Of a DNA stretch of 64,000 bases, positions 19,281-28,304 are shown one piece after another. Both the position numbers and the translations under genes were made by a program. The notes below the pieces were generated by a model that had not been told where the DNA came from, did no database searches, and was given only the letters and a program-made list of their open reading frames with translations. Source of the stretch: Candidatus Omnitrophota bacterium (GTDB lineage: Bacteria > Omnitrophota > Gorgyraeia > Aquiviventales > Aquiviventaceae); assembly GCA_016209275.1 (NCBI GenBank), contig JACQWM010000053.1:11235-75234 (forward strand), given 5' to 3'. The stretch's first letter is position 1. Each line of letters opens with the position of its first letter.

Positions 19281-21268
19281 CTCCTCTTGAGGCGCTCGTC
19301 GCCCGATCTCGACGCATTGGAGCGCAGGAGCGGTTGGGGCTCTTCGGCGGAGGCAACACCTCGATCAAATGCGCGCAGCCGGATCTCTTCGGCCGGCCGC
19401 AGGAGGTGCTGTGGGTCAAAGGCAGCGGCGCAGATTTGAACAATTGTTCCGCGCGGCATTTCGCTCCGCTGGCCCTCGCCCCGCTGCAGCGGATGGCTGC
19501 GCGCGCCGATATGAGCGATGAGGAGATGGTGCGCTTTCTTGAGCGCTGTCTGCTGGATCCGAAAGCGCCGCGCCCGTCGGTGGAAACGCTGCTCCACGCG
19601 TTTATTCCGCAGGCCTCGGTGGATCACACCCATGCCGATGCGATCCTCGCACTCGCCAATACCCGCCGCGGGCGGCACCTCACCCGACGGATTCTTGGTC
19701 CTGAGCTGTTATGGATCCCGTACATCCAGCCTGGCTTTCGGCTCTCGCGCTACGTCTGGGAGGCCTACCGCGATCAGCCACAAGCGCACGGGGCGGTGCT
19801 GGAGAAACACGGCCTCATCACCTGGGGCCCGGATGGGCGCACGAGCCTCAAGCGCACGATCGACGCGGTGTCCCGCGCCGAGCGCTTCATTCATGCCCGG
19901 CGGCGGAAACGATCATGGTCGTCCGTGGGATGCGCCGCACTCAGCCCGAACGAGCGCTCGGCCTGGTTGCGCCGGCGGTTGCCGGTGCTGCGGCGGGTGA
20001 TCAGCCAGCACCGGCGCATGAGCCTGACCGTGTGGGATTCGCCGGACATCCTGGAGTTTGTGAACGCCCGGCGGATGCCGCGAGTCGCCCGCATCGGTCC
20101 GGCGACGCCGGATCACATGCTGCGCACCAAACGCTTGCCGCTGATTGCCCGCGCATCCGACGACATGGCACGGCGGCTTCATCAGTATGCCGACGCGCAC
20201 CGACGCTATTTTCTCACGTATCGCCGCACAGGTCAGGCCATGCAAGACCCCTTCCCGCGCGTCATGCTCATTCCCGGCGTCGGCATGATCACGACAGGGA
20301 AGGATGCTGCCGAGACCGCGCGGGTGGCCATGATCTATCGGCACGCGATGGCCATCATGCGCGATGCCTCAACCGTCGGCGCCTATACGTCGGTGTCGGC
20401 GCGCGAGGCGTTCGGTGTAGAGTATTGGCCGCTGGAGTTGTATAAACTGACCCTCGCCCCGCCGGAGCCGGAATTCGCCCGGCAGATCGGCTTGATCACG
20501 GGAGCTGCCGGGGGCATCGGCCGCGCCATCGCGCACTGTCTGGCCAGCCGTGGGGCTTCGGTCATCGTGACCGATCTTCACGCCGCCGCCGTTGAGCAGC
20601 TCGCGGAGGCGATCAATCGGCGCGTGGGTCGTCGGTGTGCGCTCGGCTTAGGGATGGACGTGACCAGCGAACGCAGCGTGGACGCAGCGCTCGATCGCGT
20701 GCTCCGACAGTTCGGCGGCCTCGACTTTCTCGTGTCCAATGCCGGGATCGCGCACGTCGCGGCCGTGGATCGATTGGAGCTCTCGCAATGGGAACGCAGT
20801 CTGGCTGTCAATGCCACGGGCCATTTCTTGGTGTCGCGAGCCGTCGTGCGTTTGCTCAAGGCGCAGGGCCTGGGGGGTGCGCTCGTGTTTATTGCGTCAA
20901 AAAACGTCTTAGCCCCAGGCAAAGATTTCGGCGCCTATAGCGCGGCTAAAGCGGCGCAAACCCAGCTGGCCCGCATCCTGGCGATTGAAAACGGCGAACA
21001 TCAGATTCGGGTGAATCTGGTGAACCCCGATGGCGTCTTCGAGGGCTCGGGCTTGTGGAACACGATCAAGGCCTCTCGGGCGAAGTCCTATGGCATCACG
21101 CCCAAGGCGCTCGAATCGTATTATCAGGGCCGCAATCTCTTACAGGCGCGCGTGCTGCCGGAAGACGTGGCCGAAGCCGTCGCGTTTTTCATCTCGGCGA
21201 AATCGGCGAAAACCACCGGCTGCATCCTCACCGTCGATGGCGGAGTACGCGAGGCATTTCCGCGATGA
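19277..21268 (+). CDS. Bifunctional class II aldolase/short-chain dehydrogenase (RhaEW/YuxG-like)
   Basis: GGGNTSIK, VKGSG, PSVETLLH, VDHTHAD, PDH..RTK, EYWPLE; C-terminal SDR TGAAGGIG, NAG, YSAAK. Confidence 0.9.
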   Translation: MTPLEALVARSRRIGAQERLGLFGGGNTSIKCAQPDLFGRPQEVLWVKGSGADLNNCSARHFAPLALAPLQRMAARADMSDEEMVRFLERCLLDPKAPRPSVETLLHAFIPQASVDHTHADAILALANTRRGRHLTRRILGPELLWIPYIQPGFRLSRYVWEAYRDQPQAHGAVLEKHGLITWGPDGRTSLKRTIDAVSRAERFIHARRRKRSWSSVGCAALSPNERSAWLRRRLPVLRRVISQHRRMSLTVWDSPDILEFVNARRMPRVARIGPATPDHMLRTKRLPLIARASDDMARRLHQYADAHRRYFLTYRRTGQAMQDPFPRVMLIPGVGMITTGKDAAETARVAMIYRHAMAIMRDASTVGAYTSVSAREAFGVEYWPLELYKLTLAPPEPEFARQIGLITGAAGGIGRAIAHCLASRGASVIVTDLHAAAVEQLAEAINRRVGRRCALGLGMDVTSERSVDAALDRVLRQFGGLDFLVSNAGIAHVAAVDRLELSQWERSLAVNATGHFLVSRAVVRLLKAQGLGGALVFIASKNVLAPGKDFGAYSAAKAAQTQLARILAIENGEHQIRVNLVNPDGVFEGSGLWNTIKASRAKSYGITPKALESYYQGRNLLQARVLPEDVAEAVAFFISAKSAKTTGCILTVDGGVREAFPR

Positions 21269-22080
21269 CGGCGGTGCCAGGTCCAATCCACGCCGTCATC
21301 CTCGGTGCAGTTGAGGGCTTGACGGAATTTTTGCCGGTGTCTTCCACGGGGCACTTGATTCTCGTCTCCCGCGTGCTGCGGCTGCAGGGCGCCGCCGTAG
21401 ACACGTTTGATGTCGTGATTCAAGCCGGGGCGTTGGTTGCCGTCGTGGGATTGTACCGCCGCCATGTCATGGCCATGGGGCGAGGTCTGCTTGGCCGAGA
21501 TGCCGAAGGCCAGGCGCTGCTCATCAAGGTGCTGATCAGTTTTCTGCCGGCGGCGATGGCCGGAGCAGCGCTGCATCATGCGATCAAGGCGCACCTGTTT
21601 CATCCCGGGGCCGTCATCGCCGCGATGGCGCTCGGCGGGTTGCTCATGATCGCGGTGGATCGCTGGTGCCGCCCTCAGCGCATCGCGTCGCCGCGCACCA
21701 TGATGTCCCTGACGAGGCATCAGGCGCTGATCATCGGCATCGCCCAGTGCGCGGCCCTGTGGCCTGGCACTTCGCGCTCGATGGCGACGATCCTGGCCGG
21801 TATAATGGTAGGGCTGCCGCTGGCTGCGGCCGCGGAGTACAGTTTTTTGCTCGCCCTGCCGACGTTGGGCGCCGCGACGCTGTTTGATGCCGTCAAGGGC
21901 GGTGCTACGCTGTGGCAGCAGATCGGCGGTCTCTCGATCCTCGTAGGATTTGTCAGCGCGGCGATCGTCGCTGCGGTTGCGGTTCGTGGCTTTGTCCAGT
22001 ATGTCAGCCGCCACGGCCTCGCACTGTTTGGATGGTACCGCGTGTTTGTGGCCGCCGTGGTGTGGGTCTATGGACGATAG
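21265..22080 (+). CDS. uppP: Undecaprenyl-diphosphate phosphatase
   Basis: VEGLTEFLPVSSTGHL, PGTSRS, EYSFLLA.P, FGWYR. Confidence 0.93.
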   Translation: MTAVPGPIHAVILGAVEGLTEFLPVSSTGHLILVSRVLRLQGAAVDTFDVVIQAGALVAVVGLYRRHVMAMGRGLLGRDAEGQALLIKVLISFLPAAMAGAALHHAIKAHLFHPGAVIAAMALGGLLMIAVDRWCRPQRIASPRTMMSLTRHQALIIGIAQCAALWPGTSRSMATILAGIMVGLPLAAAAEYSFLLALPTLGAATLFDAVKGGATLWQQIGGLSILVGFVSAAIVAAVAVRGFVQYVSRHGLALFGWYRVFVAAVVWVYGR

Positions 22081-22093
22081 GAGAAAACCATCC

Positions 22094-22654
22094 ATGAAAA
22101 CATCAACCCCTCGGCAACGCGCGATCTCTGCGAGGGATCCTTTGGGCTTCAAACGATACATCCGGAACATTCCGGATTTTCCAAAACCCGGCATCTTATT
22201 TCGCGATATCACGACGCTGCTCCGCAACGGGCCGGCGTTCCACAAGGCGATTCATGCGCTGGCTCAGCGCCATCACGGAACCAAGCCGGATGCGGTGGTG
22301 GCGATTGAGTCGCGCGGCTTGATCGTAGGCTCGGCCCTCGCCTATGAGCTTGGAGTCGGCGTCATCCCCGTCAGAAAGAAGGGCAAGCTGCCCCATAAGA
22401 CATTTCGCGCCAGCTACGAGCTGGAATACGGCACCGACACGCTGGAGATTCACCAGGATGGATTTTCGAGGGGCTCGCGCGTCCTCTTAGTGGATGACCT
22501 GCTGGCCACCGGCGGCACCATGGGGGCGACCATCGACCTCATTGAGCAATGCGGCGGAAACATTATCGAGCTCGCGTTCTTGATCGAGCTGACCGCGCTG
22601 GGCGGGCGCGAGCGCTTAGCACCCTATCCGGTGATTTCCTTGGTGCGGTATTAA
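22094..22654 (+). CDS. apt: Adenine phosphoribosyltransferase
   Basis: IPDFPKPGILFRDIT, IESRG, RKKGKLP, YELEYG, VDDLLATGGT. Confidence 0.95.
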   Translation: MKTSTPRQRAISARDPLGFKRYIRNIPDFPKPGILFRDITTLLRNGPAFHKAIHALAQRHHGTKPDAVVAIESRGLIVGSALAYELGVGVIPVRKKGKLPHKTFRASYELEYGTDTLEIHQDGFSRGSRVLLVDDLLATGGTMGATIDLIEQCGGNIIELAFLIELTALGGRERLAPYPVISLVRY

Positions 22655-22671
22655 CACAGGAGGGACGCGCG

Positions 22672-22782
22672 ATGGCGACACGACGGAAAACCGCAAAGCG
22701 GCCAGCCGCCCGGCGCAGCACGGCGCGCAAGCCGGCCGCGAAGCGCAAGTCGATGGGCAGCTGTTCCTGCTGCACGTGTTAA
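22672..22782 (+). CDS. 36-aa basic peptide with Cys-rich tail
   Basis: SD AGGAGG upstream; MATRRKTAKRPAARRSTARKPAAKRKSMGSCSCCTC. Confidence 0.55.
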   Translation: MATRRKTAKRPAARRSTARKPAAKRKSMGSCSCCTC

Positions 22783-22789
22783 CCAAAAG

Positions 22790-22831
22790 GCGATATCAGA
22801 TATCGAGCATTCGCTCGATATCTGATATCGC
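22790..22831. repeat. GATATC palindromic repeat, copy 3
   Basis: GCGATATCAGATATCGAGC-attc-GCTCGATATCTGATATCGC, perfect 19-bp stem. Confidence 0.9.
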
Positions 22832-22840
22832 TCTTGCTTG

Positions 22841-23788
22841 ATGGCTGAAAAACTTGTCATTATCGGTTCCGGTCCGGCAGGCCACACGGCGGCGATCTAC
22901 ACCGCCCGCGCCGCCTTATCCCCGGTGATGTTTGAGGGCTTCTCGGCCGGCGGCATCCCCGGCGGCCAGCTCATGACCACGACCGAGGTCGAAAATTATC
23001 CAGGATTTCCCGACGGGGTTGATGGGCAGGAGCTCATGGCCCACATGCGCAAGCAGTCGCTGCGGTTTGGCACGCGCATCTTCACGGAAGACGCCACACG
23101 TGTTGATCTCTCCTCTCGGCCGTTTACCGTGGCCTCCTCCGCGCATGAGGTGAAGGCCGAATCGATCATCGTGGCGGCCGGGGCGACGGCAAAGCGGTTG
23201 AACCTGCCGGGTGAGGCGAGATTATGGAATCATGGCATGTCCGCCTGCGCGGTCTGCGACGGGGCGCTGCCGGTGTTCCGCAACAAGCCGCTCGTCGTGA
23301 TCGGCGGCGGCGACTCGGCCTGCGAGGAATCGCACTTTTTGACGAAGTTCGCCTCGAGGGTGTACCTGGTGCATCGACGCGGCGAGTTGCGCGCCTCGAA
23401 GATCATGCAGGAACGGGTCTTGAAGGATCCGAAGATCGAGGTCATCTGGAACAGCGTGGTCGAGGATGTGCTGGGCAAGACCGCGGTCGAAGCGGTCCGG
23501 CTGCGCCACGCGCAAACGAATCAGACGCGCGAGCTGCCCTGCGGCGGCGTCTTTTACGCCATCGGCTTTACGCCGAATACGGCCATGCTTGCCGGCCAAG
23601 TCGAAACAGATAAGGACGGCTACATCATCACCAAACCGGGCTCAACGCAAACCTCGGTGCCCGGTGTCTTTGCCTGCGGCGATGTCCAAGATAAAAAATA
23701 CCGCCAGGCGATTACCGCCGCCGGCTCCGGCTGCATGGCCGCCATCGACTGCGAACGCTTCCTCGCTGAATCGGATCAGGCAGTTTGA
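22841..23788 (+). CDS. trxB: Thioredoxin-disulfide reductase
   Basis: [53 protein letters not shown]. Confidence 0.96.
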   Translation: MAEKLVIIGSGPAGHTAAIYTARAALSPVMFEGFSAGGIPGGQLMTTTEVENYPGFPDGVDGQELMAHMRKQSLRFGTRIFTEDATRVDLSSRPFTVASSAHEVKAESIIVAAGATAKRLNLPGEARLWNHGMSACAVCDGALPVFRNKPLVVIGGGDSACEESHFLTKFASRVYLVHRRGELRASKIMQERVLKDPKIEVIWNSVVEDVLGKTAVEAVRLRHAQTNQTRELPCGGVFYAIGFTPNTAMLAGQVETDKDGYIITKPGSTQTSVPGVFACGDVQDKKYRQAITAAGSGCMAAIDCERFLAESDQAV

Positions 23789-23987
23789 AGTGTTAGGAAA
23801 ATCGTAAAAGTATCCATGGCTGAAGATCGTTCACAATTCCATGAGATCTGGGTGGAATCAGAAGACGGTCAAACAGGATTTCTCATGTATCTACGTTACG
23901 ATCCGGGATCCAATGGCACAACCATGCCGCTGCTGGAGACTGACCAGAAGCCATCCCTGTAAAAAGACGACAACGGACATCTCGCTT

Positions 23988-24227
23988 ATGAAGAGAGTCA
24001 AAAAAAGGAAACGAGGGCGGCCCATATTTTCCGATCCCAAGCTCAATAAGCGCGTGTTGGAATTGGAGCGTAATGCCCAAGATGGGGAGGATAAGAGTTG
24101 GGTGCACCAGCTGCAGTTGGCCTGGATACGGCATTATCAAGGTACAGGAAAGCGTTCCAAGCGAATCGCCGGCCGCCCCAAAGACCGCCAGTTTTTGCAA
24201 CAGTATCGGTCGCTGCTGGATGCGTAA
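23988..24227 (+). CDS. Small basic hypothetical protein
   Basis: 79 aa from ATG 23988, KRKRGRP; overlaps the start of the next gene; AT-richer region. Confidence 0.4.
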   Translation: MKRVKKRKRGRPIFSDPKLNKRVLELERNAQDGEDKSWVHQLQLAWIRHYQGTGKRSKRIAGRPKDRQFLQQYRSLLDA

Positions 24228-24888
24228 GACACGATTGGCGTGGTGGGGGAAATGGAGCCTCGTCGCGTGCGTGGCGGCCGGCGCGTGGATCGGATTGCGC
24301 GCCGCCGGATTCGATATCGGCACCTTCTCGCCGGAGCGGATTCGGACCTATATTCTTTCCTTCGGCATCTGGGCGCCGGCGATGTATCTGGCGGTCTACG
24401 GCCAGCCCCTGATTCCGCTGCCCGCCACGGTGGCGATGGGCCTGGCGGGTGCGGCGTTCGGCCATACGTGGGGAGCGTTCTACGCCATGGCCGGGGCGCT
24501 GCTGCGCGCCGTCAGCCAATTTTTTGTCGCCCGATGGCTGGGGCGCGACGCGGTCGAACATCTGCTGAGGGGGCATGTGGCCGCCGTCGATCAGCAACTC
24601 GGTGAGAACGGTTTCAAAGCGGTGTTCTTCATTCGCCTGATCCCCAATGTCCCGTTCGATTTCCAAAACTACGGCCTGGGATTTTCCAAAGTCCGCCCCA
24701 TGCCGTATATGCTGGGCAGTGTTCTCGGCATCCTGCCGGGGTGCTTGGCGTATGTGTGGCTCGGGGAGTCGGTGATCAACCCGCGGCAGATCTGGAAATT
24801 GGCCCTCGTGCTGGTGGCGGTCACCAGCCTGTCGATGGCGGCCTCTGCGTGGCGGAAGCGGAAATCCGCCGCAGGAGCCGCGCCGTAG
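24220..24888 (+). CDS. TVP38/TMEM64 (DedA-like) membrane protein
   Basis: FGIWAP, ARWLGR, RLIPNVPF...NY..G, GILPG. Confidence 0.88.
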   Translation: MRKTRLAWWGKWSLVACVAAGAWIGLRAAGFDIGTFSPERIRTYILSFGIWAPAMYLAVYGQPLIPLPATVAMGLAGAAFGHTWGAFYAMAGALLRAVSQFFVARWLGRDAVEHLLRGHVAAVDQQLGENGFKAVFFIRLIPNVPFDFQNYGLGFSKVRPMPYMLGSVLGILPGCLAYVWLGESVINPRQIWKLALVLVAVTSLSMAASAWRKRKSAAGAAP

Positions 24889-24957
24889 CCTCACGCGAGG
24901 GCTGATTGCATCGCTGGATAGAGTGTGGTAGGCTAGCGAACACCACAGGAGGACACC

Positions 24958-25509
24958 ATGCATCGGAGCACGCGGTTGGGCGCTGGAGTGCTGGCGGCGT
25001 TGTTGATGGGCGGATGCTACGGCCCGTTTAATTTGACGCGGACCCTGTATCACTGGAACGGGAATCTTCAAGACAAGTGGGTGCGCGAGTTTGCCTTCAT
25101 CGTGATGGTGTGGGCTCCGGTCTATGGGTTGGCGACGCTGGGCGACGCGGTAATTTTCAACTCGATCGAATTCTGGGGAGGGAAGAACCCTGTCGAGCCG
25201 CCGAAGGGAGCCAGCCTGCCCGCCACCAAGCACATTGTCCGCGGCGATGCCGAGGCCTGGTTGACGTACCGCAACACCGCGGAAGGCCGCGAGCTCCTCG
25301 TGGAGCAATTCCAGCGCGGCCGTCCGGCCGCAACACTCCGGGTGACTGAGCGCCATGGCATGACGGTTGGCGAGGATGCCGACGGCCACGTGCTCTTGAC
25401 GGCCCAATCATTGGCTGATGGCCGGGTCGTCGTCAATAATGGGGAAGGGCAAACGGTGGCTTCCCATCCTGCGACCGAAGGGCCGCATCTCGCCTCCGTG
25501 CGCCGATAA
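24958..25509 (+). CDS. DUF3332-like lipoprotein
   Basis: GGCYGPFNLT, PVYG....DAVIFNSIEFW.GKNP; SD AGGAGG. Confidence 0.75.
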   Translation: MHRSTRLGAGVLAALLMGGCYGPFNLTRTLYHWNGNLQDKWVREFAFIVMVWAPVYGLATLGDAVIFNSIEFWGGKNPVEPPKGASLPATKHIVRGDAEAWLTYRNTAEGRELLVEQFQRGRPAATLRVTERHGMTVGEDADGHVLLTAQSLADGRVVVNNGEGQTVASHPATEGPHLASVRR

Positions 25510-25553
25510 CGACGATATCAGATATCGAATTCGATATCTGATATCGCTCTGCG
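25507..25553 (+). repeat. GATATC palindromic repeat copy 4; left 47-bp inverted repeat of the cox cassette
   Basis: TAACGA-CGATATCAGATATCGAATTCGATATCTGATATCG-CTCTGCG with a perfect 34-bp palindromic core. Confidence 0.92.
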
Positions 25554-25554
25554 C

Positions 25555-26154
25555 ATGTCGAGGATGAGTTACGCTCACACTGTGTCTTCAGACCTTCAAA
25601 CCGCCACCGGCATTCCCAACGGCAAATTGGGCATGTGGCTGTTTCTCGCGTCTGAGGTGATGTTTTTCACCGGGCTCATCGCCGCGTACATCGTCCTGCG
25701 CATGAGCCATGCGCACTGGCCCGGGCCGGCAGGGCAGCTGAGTGTCGTCTGGGGGACGGTCAACACGCTCGTGCTGATTTGCAGCAGCACGACGGTAGTG
25801 CTGGCTCTCGCCGCGGCTCAGCGGGGTGCGATGGGCCCGCTGCGCCTGTGGCTGCTCGTGACGGTCGCCTTAGGCGCGGCGTTCCTGGGCATTAAGGGGC
25901 ACGAGTACGCTGTCAAGTTCCACCACGGCATCGGGCCGTCGACGAACGTCTTCTGGTCGTGCTATTTTGCGCTGACCGGATTTCACGCGCTGCACGTGCT
26001 CGGGGGGATCGGGTTCAACCTGTATATCTTGGCCTTGACGCGCACGGAAGCGCTCTGGCAGGATGCGGGCCGCCGGCTGGAGTACGCCGGGCTCTACTGG
26101 CATTTCGTCGATATCGTCTGGATATTTCTGTTTCCACTGCTGTATCTGCTGTGA
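25555..26154 (+). CDS. Heme-copper oxidase subunit III family protein
   Basis: KLGMWLFLASEVMFF, NT.VL..SS, YFALTGFHALHV, GLYWHFVDIVWIFLFPLLYL. Confidence 0.92.
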   Translation: MSRMSYAHTVSSDLQTATGIPNGKLGMWLFLASEVMFFTGLIAAYIVLRMSHAHWPGPAGQLSVVWGTVNTLVLICSSTTVVLALAAAQRGAMGPLRLWLLVTVALGAAFLGIKGHEYAVKFHHGIGPSTNVFWSCYFALTGFHALHVLGGIGFNLYILALTRTEALWQDAGRRLEYAGLYWHFVDIVWIFLFPLLYLL

Positions 26155-26157
26155 GCG

Positions 26158-26442
26158 ATGCGCGATTCGCCTGAGTCCACCATCAGAACCTACTTGGCGA
26201 TTTGGGGATGGTTGGCGGGATTGATGCTCATCGGGGTGCTCTTGTCTGAGCTGCGCATCCCGAAGCAAACGATTGTGCTGTTGGTGCTGCTGTTCTCGTC
26301 GATCAAGGCCACGCTGGTGGCCCTCTACTACATGCACCTCAAAATGGATCGGCGCCTGCTCACCCTCGTGCTGCTCGCTCCGCTGACGATTATCGCCCTT
26401 GCCCTCGGTGTTGTCTTCTCCAGCCGCCTCGTCCGCCTCTAA
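26158..26442 (+). CDS. Cytochrome c oxidase subunit IV family protein
   Basis: Three TM; KATLVALYYMHLK. Confidence 0.85.
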   Translation: MRDSPESTIRTYLAIWGWLAGLMLIGVLLSELRIPKQTIVLLVLLFSSIKATLVALYYMHLKMDRRLLTLVLLAPLTIIALALGVVFSSRLVRL

Positions 26443-26445
26443 GAA

Positions 26446-26492
26446 CGCAGAGCGATATCAGATATCGAATTCGATATCTGATATCGTCGTTA
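26446..26492 (-). repeat. GATATC palindromic repeat copy 5; right 47-bp inverted repeat of the cox cassette
   Basis: Exact reverse complement of 25507..25553, including the non-palindromic flanks. Confidence 0.92.
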
Positions 26493-27359
26493 GATCGAGA
26501 GGCTTGGAACCGGAAGACGGATCTTGCGCAGCGCCTCGACAGGATCCATCGCCGGCAGCTTCGCCGGGTTGCCTTGCGGCAACCGGATCCGCTTGGCCAG
26601 TCCCAACCAGGACAGGAGACGGATCGTCGCGTACGTCATGTCGAACTCCCACCAGCGCAAGCCATGCGCGGCCGAATGCAGATACGCATGGTGGTTGTTA
26701 TGCCAGCCCTCGCCGTACGACAGCAACGCGACCCACCAGTTGTTCGTGGAGCCCTCATTCGTGTCGAAGGTTTTGTAGCCCCACAGGTGCGAGGCGGAGT
26801 TCACCAGCCAGGTGGAATGCCAGACCACCGCGGTGCGGAGAAACACGCCCCAGATCACCCACGGCCATCCCCCCAGCGCTAGCAGGATGAGCCCGAGCAG
26901 CACCGTGTAGAGCACGTGGGTGCGTTCGATGAATTGGTGCACCCGATTGCGGGCCAGATCCGGCACATAGCGCTCATACTTGCTGGGATTGTCCAATACC
27001 TCATCGTATGGGAACAGCCACAGCATGTGCGCCCACCAGAACCCCTTATTCGGGCTGTGGGGGTCTTGCGGCCGGTCAGAAAACGCGTGGTGCACCCGGT
27101 GCGTCGCGACCCACTTCACCGGTCCCCCTTGAACCGACAAGGAGCCGATGACGGTGAGCGCATACTCGAGCCACCGCGGAACATGAAAGCTGCGGTGGGC
27201 CAGCAGCCGGTGGTAGCAGAGGGTGACGCCTAACCCGGTGAGCAGCTGGAGCCAGAAGAAGATCCAGAACCCTGTCCAGGTGAATGTCCAAGGTGCTAGC
27301 ACCGCGCCCGCGTGGATCAGCACCACCCCGAACACAATCGACCACTTCATCTTCGCCAT
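26490..27359 (-). CDS. Delta-9 type fatty acid desaturase
   Basis: His boxes YHRLLAH, HRVHH, WHNNHH; DPHSP, LVNSASH, GEGWHNNHH. Confidence 0.93.
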   Translation of the reverse strand: MAKMKWSIVFGVVLIHAGAVLAPWTFTWTGFWIFFWLQLLTGLGVTLCYHRLLAHRSFHVPRWLEYALTVIGSLSVQGGPVKWVATHRVHHAFSDRPQDPHSPNKGFWWAHMLWLFPYDEVLDNPSKYERYVPDLARNRVHQFIERTHVLYTVLLGLILLALGGWPWVIWGVFLRTAVVWHSTWLVNSASHLWGYKTFDTNEGSTNNWWVALLSYGEGWHNNHHAYLHSAAHGLRWWEFDMTYATIRLLSWLGLAKRIRLPQGNPAKLPAMDPVEALRKIRLPVPSLSI

Positions 27360-27392
27360 ACGCTGTCCTCCTCAATCACATCCGACCGACGA

Positions 27393-28190
27393 CTAATACC
27401 GCTCAATCTGCCGCAATAAACAATAGACAAGGCGATGGTGGATCAGGAGCATGGTCAGCCCCTGGCGCAGAGCGGCGAGGCAGTCCTCGGCCGAGACCGC
27501 GAGGGCCTCGGCGGATGCGTGCTCAGTGAAAAAGTTGAGAAAATAGGCGTCGATGGCTCGCTGCGGCCGCTGCGGCAGCGTCTTGACCGTGGTGTAGACC
27601 AGATCCTGGTGGTAGTCGTTGAGGAATTCGTAGGGCGCGCACCGCAGATAGCTATACGGTGTCAGATTGCGCTGGCGCGGATCCGCCGGCTGCTCCAATG
27701 TCCGGTAGGCCTCAAGGATCAACGGCCAAAAACGCTGCCGCAGCCACTGCGCGAGCGACGGGGCGACGGGGGTCTGGGCGAACTCCAGGACGCAGACGCG
27801 GAAGACGCTGTGCACGATCCGCGAGTAATCCTTGTCGGTGACCGCGCGATAATCGCCCCGGATACCGGCTTTGTGCTTCTGGTCCCGCGGCAGAAACCGG
27901 CACCCCTCAGTGGAGAGCAGATAGTCCCAGCAGGCGGTGCTCCAGGCGAACAGCGGCGCAAATTCCAGCACGAGTTCCTGGTAGTCCGGCCCCAGGGCCG
28001 CCTCGGGCTCCTGCTGCTGGCGCCGGAAAATGTGCGCCACCAGCGCTTCGACGTTGGCGAGCTTGCCGCGCTGCAGGGTCATGAGTTCGGGCTGCTCGAA
28101 GACCTGCGGCAGCGCGATGTCCAGGGCCGGCTCATCCTGGACATAGACCAGATTCCCGTCGGAGATTGGCTCAAGATTGAGGTCAAGCAT
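27393..28190 (-). CDS. Hypothetical protein, possibly a divergent sigma-70-like factor
   Basis: ORF 27393..28322, likely start ATG 28190; C-terminal LP.R.QRAI..F...T....AEAL..S....ALRQGL resembles region 4. Confidence 0.55.
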   Translation of the reverse strand: MLDLNLEPISDGNLVYVQDEPALDIALPQVFEQPELMTLQRGKLANVEALVAHIFRRQQQEPEAALGPDYQELVLEFAPLFAWSTACWDYLLSTEGCRFLPRDQKHKAGIRGDYRAVTDKDYSRIVHSVFRVCVLEFAQTPVAPSLAQWLRQRFWPLILEAYRTLEQPADPRQRNLTPYSYLRCAPYEFLNDYHQDLVYTTVKTLPQRPQRAIDAYFLNFFTEHASAEALAVSAEDCLAALRQGLTMLLIHHRLVYCLLRQIERY

Positions 28191-28304
28191 CGCACGCCAT
28201 TGTAGCATAGATGCCGTGGCGTTCCTATCGGGATCGTCCCTTGACAAGGCGGCGCACCACCAGCCATAGTCTAGACAGCAGGTTTCTGCGAAGAGGCGCT
28301 GCGC

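Noticed and set aside
19277-21268. Rhamnose catabolism operon
   Set aside because: No rhamnose isomerase, kinase or transporter in the window; the context is nucleoside salvage.
18151-22831. GATATC hairpins as intrinsic terminators
   Set aside because: No U-tract on either side, and they lie between co-oriented, apparently co-transcribed genes.
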